A DNA stretch of 64,000 bases from a virus: IMG/VR virus record IMGVR_UViG_3300030041_000010; one strand, written 5' to 3'. The notes beneath the pieces are model-generated. The model made no database searches. It saw nothing but the letters and a program-made list of their open reading frames with translations, and was not told the DNA's origin. This document shows, piece after piece, positions 24,961 to 34,533 of this stretch (position 1 is its first letter; the number at the start of each line of letters is the position of its first letter). Position numbers and translations under genes: made by a program.

Positions 24961-25593
24961 ATGGAAGACAACGTTTATGTATTACCCTCTGAGAAGATTG
25001 AGACCGCTGTTCCAACAGCCACTCCAACAGCCACTATACCAGTTAACAAACCCACTTCTATCGAAGATATTATCGCCGGTCTAAGGGGGTTTGGGGTTGA
25101 GGAAAATGAAGAGATTTTGACTTTTACCAGTCGGACAGGTAGAAACGTTAGGCTTCGCATCACTAATATGCCTACCGATGAAGAACTTAACGCTCTCGTA
25201 TCCGCTGAAGAATTTAAGGGATACGCATGGGTTCAACGCATTCGAGTGGAAATACTCTCTCGTTCCATATCTTGGATTGATGGGGTAGATATTCGAAGCC
25301 TTCGGGAGCAAAAGGCGGCTATTACCGACGTAGATGGTGTTAAGCGTGATGTTCAAATAGTTCTCCGCAATGTCATCTTAGGTTGGGGGCAAGAACTGGT
25401 GCAGACTCTTTGGAAGATTGCCATGGTTCACTCTGACAAGATCGAAAAACGGTATCAGGCGGAATTCCCGGACTCTACCATTATGACTGAAGTTGAACGT
25501 CGATTTATGGAGACAGTGATGCGGGAGATTGAAGATACCAGCAAGGAAATAATTGAAGATTCAGTAAAACAAATGTTTGAAAAGGAAGAGTAA
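24961..25593 (+). CDS. putative tail assembly chaperone
   Basis: Acidic 210 aa protein immediately before the tape measure. Confidence 0.5.
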   Translation: MEDNVYVLPSEKIETAVPTATPTATIPVNKPTSIEDIIAGLRGFGVEENEEILTFTSRTGRNVRLRITNMPTDEELNALVSAEEFKGYAWVQRIRVEILSRSISWIDGVDIRSLREQKAAITDVDGVKRDVQIVLRNVILGWGQELVQTLWKIAMVHSDKIEKRYQAEFPDSTIMTEVERRFMETVMREIEDTSKEIIEDSVKQMFEKEE

Positions 25594-25596
25594 CTA

Positions 25597-28500
25597 ATGC
25601 CCGAAGACCTACCTGCTGACGATACAACAAGCACAGGAAGTGCTGCCCCCGGCGAAGCTGCGAATATTGGACAAGCCACAGCTTCTGTGGATGTTTCTGT
25701 TGCTGCCCTTCGGATGGCACAATCAGTGGATAAACTGGTTAATAGACTGGAGGAATTCTTTGAGTTTCAAAAAAAGGCATTTGAAGCAACAGCAACTAGT
25801 GCCGAAGATTTGGTGAACCATACAGGGAGTGTGAGGGATAACCTCAAGTCTATCATTGCAGCTTCGAAGAAGCTAAGTCAGAATATAAGCTTTGGACAGG
25901 CTACAAAAGAGGTTCAAAAGATGCGAAGCGAAGTTGAGCATCTTTTGAAGACCACTAAAGAAAATACGACAGAACACCGTAATCTTAGGCGTGTTCAAAC
26001 TGATTTGATAGAAGGGGAAAGGCTACTTGAGAAGCATAAAGGGGAGTCAAATAAGTCATTAAAATCCGATGTGGAACTCGCTAAGCAACTTAAAACCATT
26101 ATGCACTCGGTAGAAGATAGCACCGTTAAAATAACCAGCGCCTATAACACTGTAAAAACAGGAAAACTCAACCAAGCATTCATGAATATACATGATGTCA
26201 TGGGTCGCGGTGGCGCTCGTGTTCATAATTTAAGGCGGACGGCACAACGAGCGCATGATGTGAAATTAGATCGAGAGGATAAGACTGCGGAGAAGAAAGC
26301 GCAGTGGGAGGATAACAAGAAAAACCTCATTAAAAAAATAAAGGAGAGACCTGACGCAGATGTCTTCTTCGATTGGGAGGGTAATTTTGATATGAAGAGG
26401 GCATTTAACCATCCAGAGACTAAAAAACTGATGATGGACACTATGCTTAGCGGCGGCAGTGAGGGGAAAGGACCAAGTAATTGGATTGATCGTAAAATTG
26501 CAGCACATGCAATGGGAGGTTTTGGGTTTACAAACCAAATGGCCGGTAAGTTAATGGAAGAGACCGGAGGTTCGGGTGCAGTGGGGGGTGTACTTGGGGG
26601 TGTACTTGGGGGTGCTGAAAGTTTGGGCGCTGGAGCTTTGACCAAACTAGCTGGTCCTATTGGTCTTGGCATTGCTGGTACGCTTGCTGTTAAGGACACC
26701 TTTGATGCGGTAGCTAAGCAGAGCCAAGAGATGGAGAAAAGTCTCGGTAAAGGGGGTATATTCACAGGTGAGCATGGTGGTCTTGAGGGGATGATGAATG
26801 CCAAAGACAACCTCAGGGCTTTTGGGTTAAACAGGTTTGGTGTCACTACAGAACGCAATATAGCCGTTGCTCAAGCTATGCAAGAGTCAGGAGTTAACAT
26901 TTCCGGGCTTGCTAACAAAGGCACAGGTATGAGAGATAGCGGGGTGGGGGACATCGCAGAAATTGCTATGAAACAGGCTCGTGAACTGGGTTTGAGTGAT
27001 GTTGAAGGAACGAAGCAGACTCTTAAAATGATGCAGAACTATAAGCTTACTTTGGATGGTACACAAACTTTTTTCAGGACTGTTGGAAAGGACATCACTG
27101 CTGCGGGGCTTTCAACAGGGAAATATCTGGAGTTACTTGATGATGTTACCGGGCAGTTCGATAGTATGGGTAAGTCTATTGAAACTGTAACAACTCTTTT
27201 ACGTGCTATGGGCAACAGCGGGACTGAGGACGCCGATCAGTTGAAAGAGAACCTCACTTCGCTTATGGGTAAACCTCAGACTGATGAGCAGAGTCTATTT
27301 GGAATGTTCTCAATGTCGAACCCGGCTTTTCAGAGGTATGCTAAGAGTCAGCAAGACAACGCTGCCACACAAATTAAAAAGTATAAAGACACCATCGACC
27401 AAGCGTTGACTCACATGAATGCCCCACAAGGTGCTTCTGAAGAGATTTGGAAGGGGTTGGATTTAACAAAGACCAAAGATTTAGACACCGCTAAGTCTAG
27501 GTTTGATGAAATTAAAGAGAAAGTAGGGGGGGTATCTAATCCATTCACAACTGCTGTAGGCCCCAATCTTCTAAATGCAAAAAATGCAATGGCGACTGCT
27601 GAGGCGTCGAAGATGGGAAGGTTAAACGCCGCCACTATAGGGGGGGTCACAGATGATAATGCTCTTTCAAGAATGAACTCAACAATGAATGATTTGAACA
27701 ATGTACTTGACACCGCAGGGACATCCACTGAAGAGCTTGTTACAAATTCTACAAAAGCATTAAACACAAATCCACTTCTACAAAAACAAGTGTCAGAGCC
27801 TTTAGGTTTAGACCCGCATAAGATGTTGCGGATAAGTGCGGCTGTGGGAGACATATCTGACTCTATCGTTAATGAGTTTTATAATGGGCTTTCGGCTTCC
27901 TCCACAGCGGGAATGGGTAAGGAGGCTATTGATGCCGAGTATGGAAAACAACTTACAGCCCTTGGTATACAATACAAGCCCGGTGAAGCCCAAAAGACGT
28001 ATCAATCTATGGACAAAAATGTTTTGAAAGAGAAAAACCATGTGGCCTTGATGCAACGAGGGGCACTTACTGGAGCCGTCAGTGATTCAGTAATCACTAA
28101 AAGTCTTGACGATCATCATAAAGATTCAATAGAGACTGTGTTGAAGAACAACGCAGATTTGGCTATGGGGACAAGGACAACCAACGGGTACCTAGAGGGT
28201 ATAGAAGATGCTTTAATCAATAAAGCAGGATGGCTACAAAAAATGTTCGACATCATGGATAGTCACTGGGGGTTAAAAGCGGATGTTAAAGGGACCGCTG
28301 CTGCAAAAGAGGCTGCGACCAGCAACCAAGCGATGTCGGATTCTGAGTTGTTAAATCAAATTGTCAATTCAATTAAGCCGGATGGATCAGGCACTAATTG
28401 GGATTGGGTTGATCCCGCAGCTAAGGGGGCGGCTAAAGGTAAATCGGCTTCATTTATTCAGCAACGTCTACAAGAACTTGAGCCTCTTGCAGCAGCCGGA

Positions 28501-28953
28501 AATTTAGGGGATCGAAAAAAAGAATACGACGAGTTCTTCGCCGCAAGAGCGGAAATGATGAACGACTTCAAATTACAGATGACTGGTCGGGGGGCTTTTG
28601 CCGGACTTTCGGCGGAACAAAGGGCTCAAGGAAACGCAGGGATCGGTTATGACAAAACCACAGGTAAGGTTATCTCTTTGGTAGGCCCTCCTGATGTGAA
28701 GCAAGCAGGAGACACTCCAGCAGCGACTAAAGTGAAATCACAAACCCCAACAGTTGGTAATGTCAACAGTGGCAACTCTACTACGACGACAAACAATACG
28801 CTTGTTGGTGGACAACAAGTTCAAGCGGCAACTCCCGGTGCAGGAAAAGCCAAAGAACAGAAAACTCAAACACCAGCACCGGCAGGGGCTCCTGTTCAGA
28901 CTCCGCCACCTCATCTTTCTGGTAATTCAGGGGTCTCCGTTGGAGGTTGGTAA
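25597..28953 (+). CDS. tape measure protein
   Basis: 1118 aa, helical A/G/K/M-rich, Gly-rich hydrophobic stretch, position before baseplate genes. Confidence 0.7.
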   Translation: MPEDLPADDTTSTGSAAPGEAANIGQATASVDVSVAALRMAQSVDKLVNRLEEFFEFQKKAFEATATSAEDLVNHTGSVRDNLKSIIAASKKLSQNISFGQATKEVQKMRSEVEHLLKTTKENTTEHRNLRRVQTDLIEGERLLEKHKGESNKSLKSDVELAKQLKTIMHSVEDSTVKITSAYNTVKTGKLNQAFMNIHDVMGRGGARVHNLRRTAQRAHDVKLDREDKTAEKKAQWEDNKKNLIKKIKERPDADVFFDWEGNFDMKRAFNHPETKKLMMDTMLSGGSEGKGPSNWIDRKIAAHAMGGFGFTNQMAGKLMEETGGSGAVGGVLGGVLGGAESLGAGALTKLAGPIGLGIAGTLAVKDTFDAVAKQSQEMEKSLGKGGIFTGEHGGLEGMMNAKDNLRAFGLNRFGVTTERNIAVAQAMQESGVNISGLANKGTGMRDSGVGDIAEIAMKQARELGLSDVEGTKQTLKMMQNYKLTLDGTQTFFRTVGKDITAAGLSTGKYLELLDDVTGQFDSMGKSIETVTTLLRAMGNSGTEDADQLKENLTSLMGKPQTDEQSLFGMFSMSNPAFQRYAKSQQDNAATQIKKYKDTIDQALTHMNAPQGASEEIWKGLDLTKTKDLDTAKSRFDEIKEKVGGVSNPFTTAVGPNLLNAKNAMATAEASKMGRLNAATIGGVTDDNALSRMNSTMNDLNNVLDTAGTSTEELVTNSTKALNTNPLLQKQVSEPLGLDPHKMLRISAAVGDISDSIVNEFYNGLSASSTAGMGKEAIDAEYGKQLTALGIQYKPGEAQKTYQSMDKNVLKEKNHVALMQRGALTGAVSDSVITKSLDDHHKDSIETVLKNNADLAMGTRTTNGYLEGIEDALINKAGWLQKMFDIMDSHWGLKADVKGTAAAKEAATSNQAMSDSELLNQIVNSIKPDGSGTNWDWVDPAAKGAAKGKSASFIQQRLQELEPLAAAGNLGDRKKEYDEFFAARAEMMNDFKLQMTGRGAFAGLSAEQRAQGNAGIGYDKTTGKVISLVGPPDVKQAGDTPAATKVKSQTPTVGNVNSGNSTTTTNNTLVGGQQVQAATPGAGKAKEQKTQTPAPAGAPVQTPPPHLSGNSGVSVGGW

Positions 28954-28956
28954 TCT

Positions 28957-30315
28957 ATGCCTAACTCATCAACAGTAACCAACTCGCAACAAACCGTGGT
29001 CTCCGCTGCGAATAACTGGAACGCGGCGAACCCCACCCGACCTCAAATCGACCCTAACATTTTGTTGGGGATCATGATGCAAGAGTCTGGAGGGAATCCA
29101 AATGCCATCAACTACAACTCTAATGGGAGTGTTGATTATGGTTTGATGCAGTTGAATACTGGCTCATTTCCTAACGCGGCGTCTTTAAGCCCCGGTGATA
29201 ATGTCACCACAGGGACAGCTTATTTTGGGCAGTTGATGAATACCTTCAATGGAAATACCTATCAAGCCATCGCTGCATATAACTCAGGGGCGGGTAGCGT
29301 CATGAAGAACGGCATCACCAACCCTAAATATGTAGATGGAGTTCTTCAAAAGGCTGGAGGGGATTACAGCGGAGGCACTATTTATGATGGAACAAACTCC
29401 GGTGGCAACCCTTCGTGGGCCACACAACCAGTTACTGGTATGGCCGCTCAACCATTGAACAACAATACGCAGAATGTTGACCTAAATGCCTTGGTGCCAC
29501 AGATCGTAATCCAAGAAGGGCTGGACAACACACCGTGGTACGACGACTATGGTCTGATAACGGGAAATCCAAGGCTTCGCGCTGAAGTACAACCCGTAAG
29601 TTTTCAAGTCATACTGCATGACAACAAAAGCTTTCTACTCTCATCCAAAGGGGAAACAGGAAACCCAATTCAGATTCAGTTGAACGCTTCCATGAAGAGT
29701 GTTAACTGGTCAATGAAACATATTTACCATCACCAACGCACTCGTACGGCTCACCATATTACGATGTGGGGTATGCAAGCTGACCTCATTGAGGGGCAAT
29801 GCACGACTGGAGTCTTTATGAACCAGTTTGGTTTAACCGACTACTACAGCACCCGCACTATCAATGATGGTTTGAAGAAGTTGATTACCAGTGGTCAAGC
29901 GTTCGATGATGTCATGAATAATGCAGCCAAAGGAAACCCCTTCTTCACTCAGACGGATGCTTTTCGTGTAGCGGCACAGGATGCCTTCATGGAGTTTTTA
30001 GCTCTTTTCAAAATGAATGGGTCGGTTTGGTTTTGGAATAATGTGTACACAGATGACTTAGGCAACTCACGCGATTGGACAGGAATACAGGCTTGGTCGC
30101 CCACGCTTGGTATGAGTTCCGCCCAAAAAAATGGAAGGAACAATGACGTACTCACTCGCGGCGGTGTGCTCATGTCCTATCGCAACTTTGTGTATCAAGG
30201 TTACTTTAAGACCCTTCAGTGGACGATAGACGCACGCAATCCTTTCAAATGGGACTTCTCATTTACATTTCAGGTGGAGAAAACGGTAGGTCAGCAATTC
30301 ATTCCTGACAGGTAA
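28957..30315 (+). CDS. virion lytic transglycosylase (SLT domain) fused to a baseplate/tube-initiator-like domain
   Basis: IMMQESGGNPNA...GLMQL...AIAAYNSG SLT motifs; C-terminal YQGYFKTLQWT...FSFTF. Confidence 0.82.
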   Translation: MPNSSTVTNSQQTVVSAANNWNAANPTRPQIDPNILLGIMMQESGGNPNAINYNSNGSVDYGLMQLNTGSFPNAASLSPGDNVTTGTAYFGQLMNTFNGNTYQAIAAYNSGAGSVMKNGITNPKYVDGVLQKAGGDYSGGTIYDGTNSGGNPSWATQPVTGMAAQPLNNNTQNVDLNALVPQIVIQEGLDNTPWYDDYGLITGNPRLRAEVQPVSFQVILHDNKSFLLSSKGETGNPIQIQLNASMKSVNWSMKHIYHHQRTRTAHHITMWGMQADLIEGQCTTGVFMNQFGLTDYYSTRTINDGLKKLITSGQAFDDVMNNAAKGNPFFTQTDAFRVAAQDAFMEFLALFKMNGSVWFWNNVYTDDLGNSRDWTGIQAWSPTLGMSSAQKNGRNNDVLTRGGVLMSYRNFVYQGYFKTLQWTIDARNPFKWDFSFTFQVEKTVGQQFIPDR

Positions 30316-30318
30316 ATT

Positions 30319-31605
30319 ATGACAACATCTAACACAACCACGCCTATCGGACCTTTTTCGGAGAATAGCCCCTCTCCGACGATTACCCCCACTACGCCTG
30401 CCTCTCAAACGCCGGTAAATGCTACATCCACCAATCCGAATAGTCGTGGGGTCAATGACCTTAGTGACATCCGTCCAACGCCAAATCTTTCACCGCTACC
30501 AACTCGTGCGGAAAAGCGGTTAATCCCTACAATGGTGGATGCAACACAGATTCAACAGAATTTTTTCACCTCATCGGGAGGGCAACTTGCACAAGCTCTC
30601 GGATTGCACCCACAGAATACAGTTCATGACACCGACTTTTACACCTACGCAAAGTCGGAAGCTCGACGGTTACAAAATGGTGTGGATTACATTAAGATTC
30701 GTATCCCTCATCGTGGTGTTCTTTCTAGTTCTCAGCTACCAGACACTAGTCAAGCAGCGGAGTTTAGGTTCTTAACTAACCCCTCCACGCTGACGGTCAA
30801 TCGTCAAACTGTGGACTCTCAGTCCATGACTCGTGGCGGCTGGCAGTTTGGTGTGTGGGGTGAGGATACTTTCTTGGTTTCGATGCAAGGCACATCGGCG
30901 GGTTCATATTTCTCTCTCGGTACGACTGACGAGTTCTCTTATTATGCTGTGTCATATCGTAATCTTATGCAGCTTCAAGAGGTTTTTGAGAATAATGGGT
31001 ATTGGTTTGAGGGGGAGGAATACAACGAGGGGCCTTTGGCAGCGGACTATCTCCGTCGTCGCATTCGTATGCACCAAGATGTTGAGTTGTGGTGTGGGAA
31101 TTTTATATGGTCGGGGATGTTTGATAGCTTTACCATCTCACAAGACGCTACTCAACCTTTCATGTTGACTTTTTCATTGAGTTTTTTCGTTTGGAAAGAA
31201 AGGTACCGCACTACATCCCCTTATCAAAACAGCATTGCGAACAACATAGAGCGTGGGCATAGCTATAGTGCAATAGAGGGTCAAACCGATACAACCCAAA
31301 CCAACAATGCCTTGGCTCAATTCTCTTCTCCATCAACAGCGACTCAGGCACAGCTTTCGAGCGGCCAGTCTGCTGGTGTTGGTCTTACGCTTGGAAGCGA
31401 TGGACGCTACTATCCTCCTTCAAGCATCGTAAACGGGAACATGGTCGGGCCACCAGCCACCAATCAACCCTATGGGGGTTCTCCAGCCATCGCTGCTTCT
31501 ATCTCTGAAGACTTATCCCCAAACGTCCCAACTACTGTGACAGACATCATGGGTGTCGGACCAATGAATGATTTGATGTTTCCTCAGAAGAGCCCACTGT
31601 TTTAA
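30319..31605 (+). CDS. putative baseplate/tail-tube initiator protein
   Basis: NPSTL...TRGGW...WG...GMFDSFTISQDA...FSLSF; similar to the C-terminal domain of the upstream gene. Confidence 0.55.
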   Translation: MTTSNTTTPIGPFSENSPSPTITPTTPASQTPVNATSTNPNSRGVNDLSDIRPTPNLSPLPTRAEKRLIPTMVDATQIQQNFFTSSGGQLAQALGLHPQNTVHDTDFYTYAKSEARRLQNGVDYIKIRIPHRGVLSSSQLPDTSQAAEFRFLTNPSTLTVNRQTVDSQSMTRGGWQFGVWGEDTFLVSMQGTSAGSYFSLGTTDEFSYYAVSYRNLMQLQEVFENNGYWFEGEEYNEGPLAADYLRRRIRMHQDVELWCGNFIWSGMFDSFTISQDATQPFMLTFSLSFFVWKERYRTTSPYQNSIANNIERGHSYSAIEGQTDTTQTNNALAQFSSPSTATQAQLSSGQSAGVGLTLGSDGRYYPPSSIVNGNMVGPPATNQPYGGSPAIAASISEDLSPNVPTTVTDIMGVGPMNDLMFPQKSPLF

Positions 31606-31617
31606 TAGGAAGAATCT

Positions 31618-34524
31618 ATGGCTAATCAACAGACGACAACTTCAAACTCTCCTTCCACTCAAGGGATGATTCGCAACATCAATCAGACCGTTCAAGAGCG
31701 GGAAATAATTAAGACCTGCCCCGACCTTATTGTGTATTTGGATGGGAAGACATATCTGCTTAATCCATATATTACGAACACCACCGCGAACCAGCCATAC
31801 ACGTTCGTCAGCTTCAATGATTATGTACAGAATTTTTCTTCTTCTTACGACGTGGATAATCTAGTCCCTTCAGCGAATTTTACCTTGCAGGTACCAAACT
31901 TTTCGAAATACCTTTTTCAATCACCGGGGGGTAACAACCTCATCGACACCATGATGGAGGTTCAGGTGTTTGCTAAGGGCTACTTCCTGTCAGGTGATGG
32001 TGGGAATACCATTTACTACAGGGTATTCAAGGGAGTCACTTCCCATGTGTCACACACTGACAATGGTATGTTCTTGGAAATTTCAATTCAATGCTTGGGG
32101 GTTCTGCACCTACTGGAACACATGTATGTTGACCTCAATCCTTCTTTGATGTCTAACTCGGAACGTCCAGTCACACCGATGACAAGCAACCAATCTCACA
32201 TGAACCCATATGAGATGCTTGCCGCAGAATTCCAGCAAGATATTTCATTCGAAGGGTTTGAATTGAACTCTATCCAGCAGGGTATTACGACCGGGGGGAG
32301 TGATTGGAAGGACGCAGTTCAAGCAGGATTCTGCAACAAGTGGCAACCTATTTTGGTTAACATTCGAAAGGAAGTTCACATCACTGGGTACAGCATGGGG
32401 TCTGTTTTGCCAGCGGCTACAACTACAATCACTAACACACCATCCGACGCGCAGGGATCAAACGATCCTCGGATGCAAGCTGCAAGGATACTCCAAAATT
32501 CAATTCTGGCTCAAAATGCGCCTAACCCGGATTACTATGTGGACGTGATTAGAAGGTACCACCCCGACATGTCCATTGGCTCCATTCAACTAGTCAATGG
32601 TCGTATTGTGTCCAGATTGGAAAGGATACGAACCATTGTGCAGTTGATTGGGTTTGAGGGATTTCAAGACCTCGATGGCACCATTATTTTCAAACCACCG
32701 CTATACAACTTGGACGTGACAAATATTGGTACATCCACCACACCCACCACTAGTGGTAGCAGCACCACACCAACATCAGCTAACCTGACGGATGCGAACA
32801 ACCCATTCATCATTCATTTGAGTGAGATTGAGTCGGAATCAGAGGCTGAGGATCAGCAAGCCATCAAGGCCACTCGTATGACAGTTCAACCATCGGTTCA
32901 ATCCAGTCAGAAATTCATATCTGATTCGACAACGGCTGTTTGGCGTCCTACATCCACTCATATCGACATCCCTAAGATGGCTAAGTTTGGCCTTCGCGAG
33001 GAGCCAGCACGTACCGTTGGTTGGTTGAGTCTAAATGATAAAGTTGCTGCGTACGCTTACGCTGTAAGTGAATTGAATCGTGCTAATCGTGGATGGAGAA
33101 CTTACAATTTAACAATCCCTCTCCGCCCGGAATTGAAACTTGGTTTTCCAGTGTACCTGCCTCATAAAGATATGTATGGATACATCAAGACCATCAGCAT
33201 TTCTTACTCCTATGGGGGCGCGGCCACGATGACCCTAATGCTGGACACCCTACGTAAGCGCCCAGTGTTTCCTTCAGTGAAGACGAATGTTACCAATCAA
33301 CAGAACACAATATACACCAACCCACCTGTGGTTTATACCACCCAGCCAAACCTTGTTATGGAATGGACAGAAGCACCGAACAGCACCAGCACATCAACAG
33401 CGTCCACTGATCCTTTCACACCTTCCATGCCCACACTTCCATCGTCTAGTCCTGCGGTGACTGCCGATGGGCTTCCTTCAGCTAATTATGCTGTCAATCT
33501 TTTGAATGTTCCAGTCACTCAGCTACAACCTCAAGCTAAACCCATCTATGCGGAGGATATGGAGGTTGTCTCGGCACGTAGGTCACAGTATGGCACCTCA
33601 TGGGCGACTCGGGCGGACACTAGAACCAAGAGCTTTCGTGTACAGAATGATGTCTCTACCGCAGCGGATACTACCCTTGGAAAAAATGGAAATGGTCAGG
33701 CAGTCCAAACAGGGAACCCCTTCTTCTCTTCGGCCAACTGGCATGATCCACCCCCCTCTAACTCCGCCCCTTCAACAACCGGGTCATCCCCAAACACTAC
33801 GAGCGGCAGCACGTCGGGCACTACACCGTCATCGACCAACACCAATACCAGCAATGGTGGGGTGAACATGACATATTTACAGAAAATAATTTCTTGTCAG
33901 CCTTATACGGATGAGGGTGGATACGAACTTATCACCCCCTTTCCATGGGGGCGTTGGAAGAGCCTTAAAGAGGCTTTGTATGAGACGCATTACGGGTTAC
34001 TGACAACCAATGCAACCTCACAGGAAACTCAGCAGATAACTGGAACCAACGTGTTTCTATTTGCTGGTGTCAGCACCCCAAGCACTGACAGTTCATCGAG
34101 TTTGCAGAACCAATTAACTGCTCTCAACAACATATCGAATCAGGTGTCATCGTCGGTTTCTTTTGAAATCATCACCCCTAAACCGGGTCAGCAGCAACCC
34201 AATATTCTGTCGAATCAACAACCCGATAGTTTCCTTTTCTCAACGGTGGCTCAGAACACTGAGAATGCTACCAACACGTTTCTTATTGGGAACATCCCAC
34301 CTCAGCCGGGGAGTTCTCTTGCATTGGCTACAAATATTGCGGATAGTGATTCCACTAACACAGCAGATGGTAGTTCGACACCATCAGGGGTTGGTTCCAC
34401 ACCACAATCGACAAGAACCATACAGAACAACCCTAATGTAGTCGGCACAACAGCAACCAAGCCTACAACTCAAAATCAGGCGTTTATCAGTAAACTAATC
34501 AATTCGAACACAGCAACACAGTAA
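31618..34524 (+). CDS. putative baseplate hub protein (gp27/gpD-like)
   Basis: VFKG, DLDGTIIFKPP, KFGLR, RPELKLGFP...YIKTISISY pattern; module position. Confidence 0.65.
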   Translation: MANQQTTTSNSPSTQGMIRNINQTVQEREIIKTCPDLIVYLDGKTYLLNPYITNTTANQPYTFVSFNDYVQNFSSSYDVDNLVPSANFTLQVPNFSKYLFQSPGGNNLIDTMMEVQVFAKGYFLSGDGGNTIYYRVFKGVTSHVSHTDNGMFLEISIQCLGVLHLLEHMYVDLNPSLMSNSERPVTPMTSNQSHMNPYEMLAAEFQQDISFEGFELNSIQQGITTGGSDWKDAVQAGFCNKWQPILVNIRKEVHITGYSMGSVLPAATTTITNTPSDAQGSNDPRMQAARILQNSILAQNAPNPDYYVDVIRRYHPDMSIGSIQLVNGRIVSRLERIRTIVQLIGFEGFQDLDGTIIFKPPLYNLDVTNIGTSTTPTTSGSSTTPTSANLTDANNPFIIHLSEIESESEAEDQQAIKATRMTVQPSVQSSQKFISDSTTAVWRPTSTHIDIPKMAKFGLREEPARTVGWLSLNDKVAAYAYAVSELNRANRGWRTYNLTIPLRPELKLGFPVYLPHKDMYGYIKTISISYSYGGAATMTLMLDTLRKRPVFPSVKTNVTNQQNTIYTNPPVVYTTQPNLVMEWTEAPNSTSTSTASTDPFTPSMPTLPSSSPAVTADGLPSANYAVNLLNVPVTQLQPQAKPIYAEDMEVVSARRSQYGTSWATRADTRTKSFRVQNDVSTAADTTLGKNGNGQAVQTGNPFFSSANWHDPPPSNSAPSTTGSSPNTTSGSTSGTTPSSTNTNTSNGGVNMTYLQKIISCQPYTDEGGYELITPFPWGRWKSLKEALYETHYGLLTTNATSQETQQITGTNVFLFAGVSTPSTDSSSSLQNQLTALNNISNQVSSSVSFEIITPKPGQQQPNILSNQQPDSFLFSTVAQNTENATNTFLIGNIPPQPGSSLALATNIADSDSTNTADGSSTPSGVGSTPQSTRTIQNNPNVVGTTATKPTTQNQAFISKLINSNTATQ

Positions 34525-34533
34525 TAGGTATAT

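Noticed and set aside
26581-26613. GGGGGTGTACTT tandem repeat
   Set aside because: Encodes GGVLGGVLGG in the tape measure protein; an ordinary coding repeat.
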